Shown here: positions 40,905 to 53,949 of the stretch, piece after piece
How the letters are laid out: each line of letters opens with the position of its first letter
How positions within the stretch are numbered: the first letter of the stretch is position 1
NCBI GenBank assembly: GCA_951406725.2
Contig: OX597824.1
Location: 47,678,001 to 47,742,000 of the forward strand
DNA length: 64,000 nt
Direction: 5' to 3'
Source of the DNA: Octopus vulgaris
Taxonomy: Eukaryota
Translations under genes and position numbers: made by a program
The notes under the pieces: generated by a model
The model's database searches: none
Told to the model about the DNA's origin: nothing
Seen by the model: only the letters and a program-made list of their open reading frames with translations

Positions 40905-41667
40905 TTAAATACCTAATACCTTTTGATCTTGACTATCATCATCATCATTGTCCTCCTCATCATCATCATTATCCTCACCACCACCATCACCACCACTCCT
41001 AGTGGTGGTGATAATGTGTTGAAGGTGGTGGTGTAAGTGATAAACTAACTATTTTAAAAACTATTCATTCTCTAAAGTAAAATAGTCAATAAAACTTTTG
41101 AAATCATAAGTTTTAAAAAATTGATTTTGTTAATGTTTAAATCAATTATTATTTAATCAATTTATTATTGTTGTTGTTGTTGTTGTTGTTCTTCTTCTTC
41201 TTCTTCTTCTTCTTCTTCTTCTTCTTCTTCTTCTTCTTCTTCTTCTTCTTCTCATCATCATCATAATCATCATCATCATTGAATGAGAGAGCAGTACATG
41301 CCATCAAAGTGACACTGGGGTAAAATATACGACGGCCCAGTATACCTATCATGACTCCCTATCTGACAAGGGTACGCCAAGCACTTGCATCACAACCATA
41401 TGTGCATGACAAGGTGATCTCATATCAAAATAAACAACATATGATCTTGCAGATGGGGCCCAGCTAGAATTTTCTTCAGGTCGAGTAGCCCATCCCTCTC
41501 AAAAGGTCCTTGGATAAGGGTTGTTTAAGAATGTTGAACGAAATACTCATGTTTCCAGAAGTTAATTATTCAGACTCCAAAGAATTTCTTTCAACACATG
41601 GCTATAATGCTCCCCTACAACTTCTGCTCACCCCCAAAATTCCTGGCCTTGTGCCAAAACTTGAAAC

Positions 41668-41797
<130 letters not shown>

Positions 41798-42279
41798 AAG
41801 ATGGCAAGCTGGCAGAATCGTTAGCACGCCAGGCAAAATGTTTAGTGACATTTTGTCCATCCTTACGTTCTGAGTTCAAATCCTGCTAATGTTGGGTTTG
41901 CCTGTCATCCTTTTAGGGTTAATAAATTAAGTACTAAGTGAAACACAAGGGTCAATGTAATCAACTAGTCCCCTCCCACCAAATTTCAGGCGTTGTGCCT
42001 TTAGTATAAAAGGATTAGTAGAATTATTATACTGTCAACTTCCCCTTTAAAAAAAAAAAAAAGGTGGCAAGCTGGCAGAATCGTTAGTGGTGTTTCATTT
42101 GTCTTTACATTCTGAGTTCAAATTCCACTGAGGTTAACTTTGCTTTTTATCCTTTTGGGGTCGATAAATTAAGGACCAGTGAAACACTGGGGTCAATGTA
42201 ATTGACTAGGCCCCTCCCCCACAATTTCAGGCCTTGTACCTATAGTAGAAAGGATTATTATTATTATCATTATTATTAT

Positions 42280-42700
42280 TTTGGTTTGCCTCAGGTTTGG
42301 TCTTATTCCTGGTAAGAATTATGTGGATAATAAGTTACTACCTTAGGTATCCACAATTAATCAGCAGCCTTTTAAGTGCTTAGGATACTCCTGATAATCC
42401 TTGCTGTCTCTAAGAGATAAACTTTCTCTAGGAGCTCTACCAGGCATTCTATTTCAGTCTCTTTCTGCCATTTGTTTATATCTTTGCTTACTGTTCTCAA
42501 CACACCTATTATTATAGGGACAACGTTTACTGTTCACATGCTCCAAATTCTTCCTATTTCAGATTTTAAGAGATTGTATTTTTTTGTTTTACTTCCTCTT
42601 TCTTTACAATCCTGGAATCAAACAGGCATGATGGGTCGATAAGTAAGCAACTTCACTTTTCCTTATCTATAATTGTTATGTCTGGTCTATTATTTTCAAA
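42280..42700 (-). mobile_element. R4/Dong-like LINE 3' fragment
   Basis: RLE remnants (NRPDITII; VVPIIIGV) bounded by (ATT)n. Confidence 0.6.
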
Positions 42701-42713
42701 ATTATTATTATTA

Positions 42714-43563
42714 CTAGCTGGCCCCATGTCATCAAAAATGATGGCTAATTGTAGTATTTTATATATAAATAAGGTACAACATAAAGTACATAGTAATCTT
42801 TTCTACTATAGGCACAAGGCCTGAAACTTGGGGGAGGGGGCCAGGCAATTAAATCAACCCCAGTACACAACTGGCACTTAATTTATTGACCCTGAAAGAT
42901 GAAAGGCAAAGTTGATCTCAGCGACATTTGAACTCAGAACGTATAGACAGATGAAATACCAGTAAGCATTTCACCAAAATGTACTAACGATTCTGCCTGC
43001 TCGCCACCTTAATAAGGTACATAATAATCACAGATACAAACATTCACATACTTCCCTTGTACACACACATATATACTCACACAGAGTTGAAATGCTGATT
43101 TATTTTCACCCCTTCCTTTCACATTCATATGTTGTGACAGAGAAAAACAGAAGATACACGACATGCTCTTTGCCACTTCCTTTCTCTCATTGCTGTTATT
43201 TTCTCTCACTCTCTCTAAGTTAGAGCTATTATTCTCACTACTTCTTCACTGAGTTACTATTTTCTCTCCTCTCCCTTCACTTACACTACTCTTTCACTTA
43301 CTCTCTCCTACGTGATTTTGGATAAATATATATATATATATATAAAAGTACAAAGTGAGATTGGGGTTATGAGTGTAACCCACTATGGGATATCATTTAT
43401 CCAATATAATTAATTAATTAGTTAATAAATTATATGAATTGATATTATCTGGAAGTTGATGATTGAAAGGAATCTATTCCTCTATTTTCTTATTTTGTAT
43501 ATATATATATATATACATACATACAAATATATAAAAACACTGTGTTCATTATTATATTAGGAG

Positions 43564-43564
<1 letters not shown>
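42714..43564 (-). mobile_element. Older non-autonomous Helitron-like element with a nested SINE (~42795-43010)
   Basis: CTAG terminus with adjacent hairpin (GTCATC..GATGGC). The other end reads TCTCCTAATATAATAAT on the minus strand. A/T flanks. Confidence 0.5.
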
Positions 43565-43610
<46 letters not shown>

Positions 43611-43614
<4 letters not shown>

Positions 43615-44036
43615 TAGTTTTATTTTTATAGTGTGCTTTCACTTCACTACCGAGCGCAGCTCTGTGTGCCTTGGGTATGTGCTGTGATTTGTTGTGATGC
43701 TCTGATGGTTATTGTATGGAAAGTGTTCTGTGTAGGATGTGTGCAGTGCCTAGTAGTGCAATTTTCTGTATGTTATATGTGTTTGTAAGTCCTGGTGTTT
43801 TTGTTATGTATTTGTCTGAATATTTTTTTATCATGCCTAATGCACCTACTATGATAGGAATTGTTTCTGTTTTTAGATTCCACATTCTGGTTATCTCTAT
43901 TTCCAGGTCTTTTTTCTGTTGTTATTCCATAATGTTGGCATAGCTTCCAGTGTATGTAGGTTCCAACTCTGTCATGTCTGTGAATATATTCCTTCTTAGC
44001 CAGAGATAATATGATTTATTGTTTCTTGTCCATCTC

Positions 44037-44037
<1 letters not shown>
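43611..44037 (-). mobile_element. R4/Dong-like LINE 3' fragment, same family as 44656-46800
   Basis: Near-identical to 44656-44945 and other parts of that copy; flanked by (ATT)n on both sides. Confidence 0.8.
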
Positions 44038-44076
<39 letters not shown>

Positions 44077-44233
44077 AGCAGTGAGCTGGCAGAATCGTTA
44101 GCACACCAGGCAAAATGCTTAGCGGTATTTAATCTGTCTTGAAATACTGCTGAGTACCAGTTGAGCACTGGGGTAGATGTGATTTACTATCCTATTCCAT
44201 TAAATTTCAGGTATTGTGCCTATAGTACAAAGG

Positions 44234-44271
<38 letters not shown>

Positions 44272-44655
44272 AGCGATTCCACCAAGATCGACTTTGCCTT
44301 TCATCCTTTCGGGGTTGATTAAATATGTACCAGTTGTGCACTGGGGTCAATGTGATCAATTTAATCCCTTCCCCCAAATTTGAAGCCTCGTGCTTCCAAT
44401 AGAAAGGCTTATTATTATTAAGGCAAGGTGGCAGAATCGTCAGTGCACCGGACAAAATGCTTAGCAGTATTTTGCCTGTCTCTACATTCTGAGTTCAAAT
44501 TCTGCCGAGGTAGACTTTACCTTTCATCCTTTCAAGGTCAATAAAATAAGTACCACTTGTGTACTAGGGTCGATGTAATCGACAATCCCCTCCCCACCAA
44601 ATTTCAGGCCTTGCACCTACAGAGAAATGATTATCTTTATTATTATTATTATTAT

Positions 44656-46800
44656 TCAGTAGTTTTATTTTCATATTGTGCTTTCACTTCACTACCGAGC
44701 GCAGCTCTGTGTGCCTTGGGTATGTGCTGTGGTTTGTTGTGATGGTTACTGTATTGAAAGTGTTTTGCATAGGATGTGTGCAGTGCCCAGTAGTGCAATT
44801 TTCTGTATGTTATATATATTTGTAAGTCCTGGTGTTTTTGTTATGTATTTGTCTGAATATTTTTTTTATCATACCTAATGCGCCTACTATGATAGGAATT
44901 GTTTGTTTTTAGATTCCACATTCGAGTTACCTCTATTTCCAGGTCTTTGTATTTTGAAAGTTTCTCCATTTCTTTGAGAGAAACGTTGTCATCTGCTGGT
45001 ACTGGCACATCAATTAGAAAGCATTTTTTTTCTTCATGATCTCTGACAACTATATCTGGCCTATTGACCTTAATTTCTCTATCTGTGTGAATTGGCATAT
45101 CCCAAAGTATGGTTGCTTTCTCGTTTTCTGTGACCTTTTTCTGGAGTGTGCCTATATCATCTTTTTTCTTTTGTTATTCCATAGTGTTGGCAGAGCTTCC
45201 AGTGTATGTAAGTCCCAACATAGAAGGCGGCAAGTTGGTAGAAACGTTAGCACGCCGGGCGAAATGCGTAGCTGTATTTCGTCTGCCGTTAAGTTCTGAG
45301 TTCAAATTCTGCTGAGGTCAACTTTGCTTTTCATCCTTTCGGGGTCAATAAATTAAATACCAGTTACACACTGAGGTCGATGTAATCAACTTAATCCATT
45401 TGTCTGTCCTTGTTTGTCCCCTCTGTGTTTAGCCCCTTGTGGGTAGTAAGAAATATGTATGTAGGTCCCAACTCTATCATGTCTGTGAGTATATTCCTTC
45501 TTAGCCAGGACTTGGCAGCCAGAGATAATATGATTTATTGTTTCTTGTCCATCTCCACATATTCTGAAGTTACTTGTTATGTTTCTTTTCATTATATGTT
45601 TTTGGTAATTTCTGGTGGGGAGGCTTTGGTCTTGTGCTGCAATTAAAAATCCCTCCGTCTCTGCTTTGAGTCCTGAGCTTCTCAACCACTGCTGGGATTT
45701 TTCTCTGTCTATTTCTTTTGCATTTAGTTTAGTCCAGTATTTGCCATGAAGGGGCTTTTCTTACCATCGTTTTATCATGGTCCGTTGCTGTTCTAGTTTT
45801 AGTTTGGTTTTCAGTTGTTTTATAGCTTTTGTTGTTTCTTTTTCTTCTTTATATTTGTTAGGTAGTATGATTTCTTGTTTGTATTTGTCAGCTTCCTTAA
45901 ATACTGAGAACAATTTTTTGTTTTGCTTGTGTTTTGTGGCTATTTGTATCAGTTTTCCTTGCTTCTGAAGTAGGTATTTTTGCAGTCCTGTGGTGGTTAT
46001 TTTATAATAGTTTTCCAGCTGTATAAGGCCTCTACCACCTTCTATACGTTGTATATATAGCCTTTATATGTCAGATTTTGGGTGGTGCATCCTATCCTGT
46101 CATTATTTTTCTGGTTTTCCAGTCTATTTTGGTTAGTTCATTTAGTGTCTAGTTAAGGTTATTGTAGCTGTAACTTATAACTAGGACGGCTAAAGTGTTA
46201 ATACCTATTATCTTATTTTTAGCATTGAGCTGTTTTTAGTTTTGATATAACTTGTCTTTAGTATTCTTTCTTTATTTTCTCTTTCATTTGTGTGTGTTGT
46301 ATCATATCTAGTCCATGGATTCCTAAATATTTGTATGTTTGGCTTTGGTCTAATTCTCTTATTTCATTGGCTTTATCTAGTGTGATGTTGTTGCTCTTAA
46401 CTAGTTTTCCTCTTTTCAGGGTTGCTTTGGCGCATTTTTCTAATCCAAATTTCATATCTATTTCTTCAGTAAATCCATCTTCAGTAAATCCATATACTGT
46501 CTGTAGTAGTGTTTCCAGCTGTTTATCATTTGTAGCGTATAGTTTTAGGTCATCCATATATAAAAGGTGGCTGATTGTTTTGCCGTAACATTTGTATCTG
46601 CAATCGGCTCTATTTAGCATATCAGATACAGGTGTCAGTGCCAAGCAGAAAAGGAGTGGAGAGAGTGTGTCTCCCTGGAATATTCCTCTTCTAATGGGGA
46701 TGGCTTTAGTTTTCACGAGTCCCTCTTTTGTTTGGAGCTGTACCACTGTCTGCCATTTATTCATATAGTGTCTTATGTATTTTATAATTATTGGTGCTAC
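44656..46800 (-). mobile_element. 5'-truncated R4/Dong-like LINE (RT, CCHC knuckle, RLE) with nested SINE
   Basis: GIFQGDTLSPLLF, HLLYMDDLKLY, ICG..ETINHIISGC, NRPDIVV..D motifs; (TAA)n at both ends. Confidence 0.9.
45224..45456 (+). mobile_element. tRNA-derived Nin-domain-like SINE family B with 16-bp TSD (other copies ~2122-2325, 15030-15250, 20292-20505, 24230-24835, 27140-27338, 41798-42256, 42795-43010, 44075-44640)
   Basis: GCTTTTCATCCTTTCGGGGTCAATAAATTAAATACCAG central domain; TSD GTATGTA(A/G)GTCCCAAC at 45204-45219 and 45457-45472. Confidence 0.8.
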
Positions 46801-46874
46801 CAATAATAATAATAATAATAATAATTATTATTATTATTATTATTATTATTATTGTCTTTGTATTTTTCAAACAG

Positions 46875-46955
46875 ATACACTGTATGACAGTTATATTATA
46901 TGAACCCTGGCGATACAATCGATACAAACTAATTGATGATGATTGCCACTCACAG
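46875..46955 (+). CDS. Double-cystatin-like protein, exon 5 (IHCMTVILYEPWRYNRYKLIDDDCHSQ)
   Basis: ACAG acceptor and the C-x7-PW-x11-C cystatin C-terminal signature. Ends at CAG|GTAATG or reads on to TAA at 46976. Confidence 0.75.
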
Positions 46956-47244
46956 GTAATGAACTTTTTGTTTTAAACAACCACACAATGTTCTGTCACT
47001 TCTTCATTTTCCTGTGAGGAAATGATTTAATCCCAGCTTTGGTTGATATAACCACTCTTCGGGTTCCTCACTTTATTCAACACTGCAATAAATGTTATTT
47101 GCACCCTTGGTGATGCCCTGTACCCATATTATATCCATGTATGTATATATATATATATAATATATTATTTATTATTTAATTGAATGCGATGTGTCCCTTT
47201 CTAAATAAGTATATATGTATATGTAAAAACTAACACTTCTTTTT

Positions 47245-47313
47245 CCGGGCTGAGATTCGAAACTGAATCTAAAGATTCTCGCTTGTCTGATCCACCACTA
47301 GCTAAACAGGCAC
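47245..47313 (-). pseudogene. tRNA-like sequence (SINE head or tRNA pseudogene)
   Basis: Minus strand GCCTGTTTAGCTAGTGG ... GTTTCGAATCTCAGCCCGG has A- and B-box-like motifs but no clean cloverleaf. Confidence 0.4.
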
Positions 47314-47830
47314 AAAAGAAATTTCTTTGTCCTGTCCAAAAGTGATGGATAGATTTCTCTTTGACCTATGACCTGAAATGAGTCATTTAGGGATCAAATG
47401 GACAGGAGACGACCTACATAGGTAGAAATTACTCCTGTGGTATGTCTGTCCTTCTAGCTATCATGACCATTATAAATACAGTCAGACATATGACAGGAGG
47501 CAGATAGCCATCAATCGGCAATCTGTCAAGGGACTGCAGATAACCATTACAAGGCGAACTCTCAAGAAACAAGCAGATAGCTAGCAGTTAACTTGTGCCA
47601 GTCAGCCAACATAGAACCACATATTCAACATGAACAACCCAACACAGGCGCAGGAGTGGCTGTGTGGCAAGTAGCTTGCTTACCAACCACATGGTTCCAG
47701 GTTCAGTCGCACTGTGTGGCACCTTGGGCAAGTGTCTTCTACTATAGCCTCGGGCCGACCAAAGCCTTGTGAGTGGATTTGGTAGATGGAAACTGAAAGA
47801 AGCCCGTTGTATATATGTATGCATATATAT

Positions 47831-49217
47831 ATCATCATCATCATCATCGTTTAACATCTGCTTTCCATGCTAGCATGGGTTGGACGGTTCAACTGGGGTC
47901 TGGGGAGCCCGAAGGCTGCACCAGGCCAGTCAGATCTGGCAGTGTTTCTACAGCTAGATGCCCTTCCTAACGCCAACCACTCCGAGAGTGTAGTGGGTGA
48001 TTTTATGTGCCACCGACACAGGTGCCAGACGAGGCTGGCGAACGGCCACGCTCGGATGGTGTTTTTTATGTGCCACCGACACAGGTGCCAGACGAGGCTG
48101 GCAGACGGCCACGCTCGGATGGTGTTTTTTATGTGCCACCGACACAGGTGCCAGACGAGGCTGGCGAACGGCCACGATCGGATGGTGTTTGTTACGTGCC
48201 CACAGCATGGAGGCCAGTCGATGCGGTACTGGCTACAGCCACGTTCGGATGGTTTTCTTATGTGCCACCGGCACTGTTACCACAAAGATACAAATTCCAT
48301 TGATGTTCATCTATTTTGATTTGGTTTGATTTGATTTGATTTTTTTTTGATTTTCACTTGCCTCAACAGGTCTTCACAAGTGTCACAAGAAGGAAGGTAT
48401 GCACAGGTGGACTGACTACGTCCCAGGTAGGGGCCACGGGTTATGGCCTCACTAGTCTTGCCGGGTCTTCTCACGCACAGCATACTTCCATAGGTCTCGG
48501 TCTCTAGTCATTTCCTTGGTGAGACCTAAAGTTCGAAGGTCGTGCTTCACCACCTCGTCCCAGGTTTTCCTGGGTCTACCTCTTCCACAGGTTCCCTCAA
48601 CTGCTAGGGTGTAGCACTTTTGCACACAACTATCTTCAGCCATTCTTGTCACATGACCATACCAGTGCAGCCGTCTCTCTTGCACACCACAACTGATGCT
48701 TCTTAGGTTCAACTTTTCTCTCAAGGTACTTACACTCTATCGATTATGAACACTGACATTACACATCCATCGGAGCATACTGGCTTCATTTCTTGCGAGC
48801 TTACGCATATCCTCAGCAGTCACGGCCCATGTTTCACTACCATGTAGCATGGCTGTACGTACACATGCATCATACAGTCTGCCTTTTACTCTGAGCGAGA
48901 GGCCTTTTGTCACCAGCAGGGGTAAGAGCTCTCTAAACTTTGCCCAGGCTATTCTTACTCTAGCCATTACACTTTCAGCACACCCACCCCCGCTACTGAC
49001 TTGGTCACCTAGGTAGCGGAAGCTATCAACTACTTCTAGTTTGTCTCCCTGGAACGTGGTAGAAGTTGATCTCTGCACATTTCCAGTGTTTATTGCTCCT
49101 GAGCATCTGCCACAGAAAAAAACTATTTTCCTAGTTAGCCTTCCTTTGACATTGCTGCACCTCTTATGTGTCCATAGCTTACACTTGGTGCACCTTATAG
49201 AGTTTCTACCTACACCT

Positions 49218-49222
<5 letters not shown>
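47831..49222 (-). mobile_element. 5'-truncated RTE(-X)-like LINE including 3' UTR and (GAT)n tail
   Basis: [25 protein letters not shown] and RGRPRKTW motifs. Inserted in the (TA)n of a SINE whose halves lie at ~47645-47830 and ~49345-49490. Confidence 0.85.
48001..48275. repeat. ~63-64-bp GC-rich tandem repeat in the RTE 3' UTR
   Basis: TTTTATGTGCCACCGACACAGGTGCCAGACGAGGCTGGC.. x3 plus diverged units. Confidence 0.85.
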
Positions 49223-49309
<87 letters not shown>

Positions 49310-50675
49310 TATATATATATATGTGTACATATATATATATGTGTGTGTGTGTCTGTGTTTGTCCTCCCAACATCGCTTGACAACCGATGCTGGTGCGTTT
49401 GCGTCCCCATAAACTTAGCGGTTTGGCAAAAGAGACCGATAGAATAAGTATTAGGCTTACAAAGAATAAGTCGTGGGGTCGATTTGCTCGTGGGGAAAAG
49501 TTTGTAAAATGGCATGTGACTATGTTGTTAGATATAACAGATAGTTCAGGCAGCCGTGTTGTATCCACGTGGGGTATTCAAAATTAGCGTGCATGTGTAG
49601 CTTGAGAAATGGTGTCAAAATGTGTGAAGAAAGACAAAATGGCGATGAGCTGCATGCAAGATCAGTTGACATGTGTAAAAGAGAGAAAAGGAACATTTGG
49701 TTATTTCCCTGCCACCAAATTTTAGTTTTTTTTTAGCCCAACTCAGCTACAAGTTTAAAAGTGAATTATTTTTTTTGACTGTCGACATCCTAGCAACAGA
49801 TTATATATATATATTAAAATGTGTTGGTGTAAGTGCAGTGAGTTTGTAAATGACTTTGGTGGGTGTTTCCTTACTAACTCACATTTTTCTTTGAACAAAG
49901 CATCCAATAACCCATACATATATATGTATATATATATTTTTTATATCGAGGTCACCATTTTATAGTGGCTGTCATTGGCTATTCAAGTGCATGTTATTAA
50001 ATGGAAAAACAGTTAATAAGACATTTTTGTGTATAAATATATTGTTTATTCTGTGTTCACCTTTTGTGGTGGAAGCATGTAGTATGATACAAAAACATGT
50101 GTACTTACATACAAAGAAAGTTTTTACTTTTGCTTTTGCACTGAAAAAAGTAACATATAATATGTGTATTACAGTATGTATGCATGTGTGTAATGAGAAC
50201 AGTCATTTTGAGAATGTGTGTGTGATAAAATATCTTCGTTTACAAACTATATATCTTGTATCGAGGTGAAAAAGCATGTGAATCACACATGAGAGAGTGT
50301 GTGTGGAGCTACAGAGAAGACGTGTCTTTGACCAAAGCCTGGCAGGAACTGAGGCCATTTCTACAGGGTAGCTCAGAACAAGGCTAGTGTCTCAGAATGA
50401 GGCTACTGCATCAAAGCGAGGATAGTGTATCAAAGCAAGCTAGATGCCTCATCAATATATTTTTCTGCTGTGCAAGTTGACTCACATAATATTATGTAAT
50501 ATGCAGCTCTGCTACAGAGACAAATGCCTTGGCTAGCTTTACATAACTATCCTAGTCATGGACTTTAAAAAAACATTAATCTCCCTCAACCTCTAGGCCA
50601 GCCCCCCTCTTAACTCATCCAGCTATGACTCCCATATGACTCACCATAGAACAAACCATGATAGAATCTTTATGC

Positions 50676-50918
50676 AAGTGGTTCTCAATCATTTTTTACC
50701 TCTTGACCCCTTTGATTCCTATTTTACTCTACTTGATCTCCATAGCCATTCAATGTGTATAAAAATACTGTATTTTTATAATCATATAGGAATTAAATAA
50801 AAAATTTTAAATGTTTTGTGTACTGTAGACATATAAACAATTTATTTCACCTAAATTTTAACAACAAAATCTTATGTGGACCCCCAAGGGCCATATGGAC
50901 CCTGGGTGAGAACCACTG
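50676..50918. mobile_element. hAT/Charlie-like MITE
   Basis: AAGTGGTTCTCA ... TGAGAACCACTG with 8-bp TSD CTTTATGC/CTCTATGC. Confidence 0.75.
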
Positions 50919-51799
50919 CTCTATGCAATCATTAGAAATAGTAGCTAAATTTCACATCATATTATCTTAGAAAATGTTACAATGAATATTGTGATCCTTA
51001 CCTTGAAAAGACAAAGTGTTTACAACTAGAATATTTATTTAGGTATGCAGTATATATTTTATTTTATTGATTTTATTGGAAGGATGAAAAGCATATTCAA
51101 TCTTGGTGAAATTTGAAATCAGAATGCAAAAAGCCAGAAATATTGCAAGGTCTCACACCTTGACAATTCTGCTGATTCACCTTCCTAGATTTGAAACAAA
51201 ATGACACCATCAACTCTAGAACTTTATTTATATTATCTGATTGTATTAGTTTGAAAGATTGCTATAATACTACTTGGATATTTATGACATAACTGTGACA
51301 CTATCATAGGTAGGTAGTAGAGTTATCCTAATTAACCACTTTTATTGACTGGGCACAGCTATTATGCAAACAACTTTGCTTAATCAAACAAAGCAAATTA
51401 TAGAAACTGCATATGAGTTAGTGTGACTATTGATTCAGGATTGATTATAATATTGTTACTCATATTATTATTCTATTTGCTTTCTCATTATGAGGGGAAT
51501 AAACATAGCTTTTAATATTGATTTCTTTTGATTAAACTCAAGACCAATCTTATATAGCCAACTAAATCGATGCATTATTGACCCTGTAAGATGAAAGTGT
51601 CAAAATCAACATGTTAGGATTTGAACTCAAAGTAGTGAAATTATAAATTTGAACTCAGACACCTGAATTGAAGTTAATATGAGGAAAAAATGCTCTACTT
51701 ATTTTTTTCTTCAATTGTTGGAGGGGGTTCCCCCAACATACCTACCTTTCCCGTTTTCCTGTTCCTTCTCATTGCACTTATACATAAGGGTTTCGAATT

Positions 51800-53700
51800 T
51801 AGACACAAGACTCGCAGTTATGAAGGGAGGGGGTTAATTCTTGACTGTTCTTTCATTTTATCGACCCCGAAAGGATGTATGGCAACGCAAGTTCGCATCT
51901 TGCTACAGATTAAAGTCAAAGATGACCTCAGCGAGAAACGAATTCCAAGAGTAAAAAGTCGAAAGAAATATCGCAACACATTTTCACCTATGCTCTAACG
52001 ATTCTGCCAATCTACAATCCAAACGAACAGAAGTTATGGTGCATTTACGAATGCCGTATAAATATTTAACGAGAAAAGAGATAACATGTATATTACGTTT
52101 CAATTTGACCACATCTATAACTATAATAAAATTTATAAACTGAAAGAAGTTCGTTCTGCCGCGAAAAAAAAAAAAAGAATAGGAATCGGTAGTTGCCTAG
52201 AAAGGAAATGCTGTATTTACAAAATCTATAAGCTTTATTCATAATACACTCTGAAGTTGTGCTATTATGAGAAATTGTTATTCACTGTTATTATTTTAGT
52301 TGAAGCTCTTTAATAAGCATTCTTATATATTATAGTCATATTGATTAAGACGGAAGGATCTCCACCCTATCCTTCTGGCTGAGATTACGTATTACTACGC
52401 CATAATCCTTTTACACAGTTCGTTATACTGCTTGCAAACATAATAAATTAATTTTGTTTATTTTTTGCCCAAGGTGTTTAATTTACAGAAATAAACGAAA
52501 TAATATTTATAATTTATCCATAAATTTATGAAAAGAAAATTTCCATAATATAATTATGAAGCATTCAGTTGCAAGGAGAACAATAACTGAAACTATTTTT
52601 AATGTATTACAATTTTTTTCTTATGGTGTTTAATTACTTCGAAAATTTACAAAAGTAAATGAAACAGTATTTATAATTTGTATAGAAATTAATGAAAAGC
52701 AATTCATTTTCTTAACATAATTACGAAACATTCCTTTATAAGGAGGCCAATAGGTGAAACTATTTCTTTTAACGTAGAAAAATATGTCCACTGCGGTTTC
52801 AAATCTGTTCCTGTAGATTTCGGAGGCTTTTGAGTTGCTGGGGGAAAGTTGAGACTTTTGACACTTATAAATATAATATTCGGGACCTTGGAAGAAACAA
52901 AACACGAAAATTTTCATAATGTGTAAGAAAGCGACTTGTGATACCTGTGGAAAGACAACGTGGATTGGTGAGAGAAAGTTTCTATAATTTATTTCCAAAT
53001 ACAAAACTTTCTGTCAGAATGTAATTTCTCCATATAGGATGTTATAGCTTTTTTATTTTTTTTTTGTAATGCAGACATTAAGAAAAAAAATTAGTTTATC
53101 TAGCTTAGCCATTATTATTTTTGTATTATTCTGAACCTCATCGAAGCACGATTAATCAAAAGTGAAAGTACATTTTTGTGTTTGAAATTCGAGTCGTTAA
53201 AAGAAACGTAGGGCCATTTCATCGGAATTAATTCCGATTAATTGTATAAGATTTATTCGAATTTTAAGTAACACAAAACAAAATGTAGCATAAAAATAAC
53301 CATTTATTTGATTTTCTATGCATAAAATGACTGTGGAAGCTTGTTTTATGATGAATTAAACTGACAATAGTCAAACCAGGAAGTAAATCGAAGTTAATCT
53401 TGCAATATCAAAACATTTAAAGACTGTTGAAGTTCGATTCCTTTTATATTTTGTTTTTGGTCCCGCTGCGTAGTCAATTTCTTCAAAAAATCTTTGTTGT
53501 AGATAAAATTTGTAAAGCAGTAGTTTTGAATCAAAGCGGTGAATGGACGTTTTTTGTTATTTTCATTATCTATTTCGTGAACCGGCGATTGAGGCAACTG
53601 AATTTTCTTAATTCGCGTAACCCAAGTTATCGTTATTTCAAAGTATATGAAAGTCGATGTTGGGGCTTATGGATGGGCCTATGGATCTTGTTAAGTCTGG
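51800..53700. promoter_or_regulatory. CpG-enriched putative promoter region
   Basis: Visibly more CG dinucleotides than the CpG-depleted flanks, a first exon at 52919, and an ETS-like CAGGAAGT at ~53376. Confidence 0.5.
52919..52967 (+). CDS. First coding exon of a small Cys-rich (zinc-ribbon-like) protein, MCKKATCDTCGKTTWIG
   Basis: ATG in AAT context inside a CpG-enriched region. MCxxxxCxxCGKxTWxG is a motif I recall from a small conserved protein family (continuing GCGxH). G|GTGAG phase-1 donor. Exon 2 not found in the window. Confidence 0.7.
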
Positions 53701-53949
53701 GTAACTGGAAAATATGAATGGGATATGGCAAAACCTCAGTTGATAATTCAAATGATCTTCATGCCAACAGATGATATGTATTGATAATGAAATAGCTTCT
53801 ACCGGGTGGAAGATAAATTAGATGTACATAAGTAATGGACTTGATCATACCAAGCTTGGAGTAAGCTGTCACCTTCTGGCTCTTATAAATCGATATTCAA
53901 ATTATATTTATTCAATTGAGTGGTTTAGAGAAGACAAAAACAAAAAAAA

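Noticed and set aside
48001-48275. CRISPR-like regularly spaced repeats
   Set aside because: The units are tandem with no unique spacers, in a eukaryotic LINE UTR, with no cas genes.
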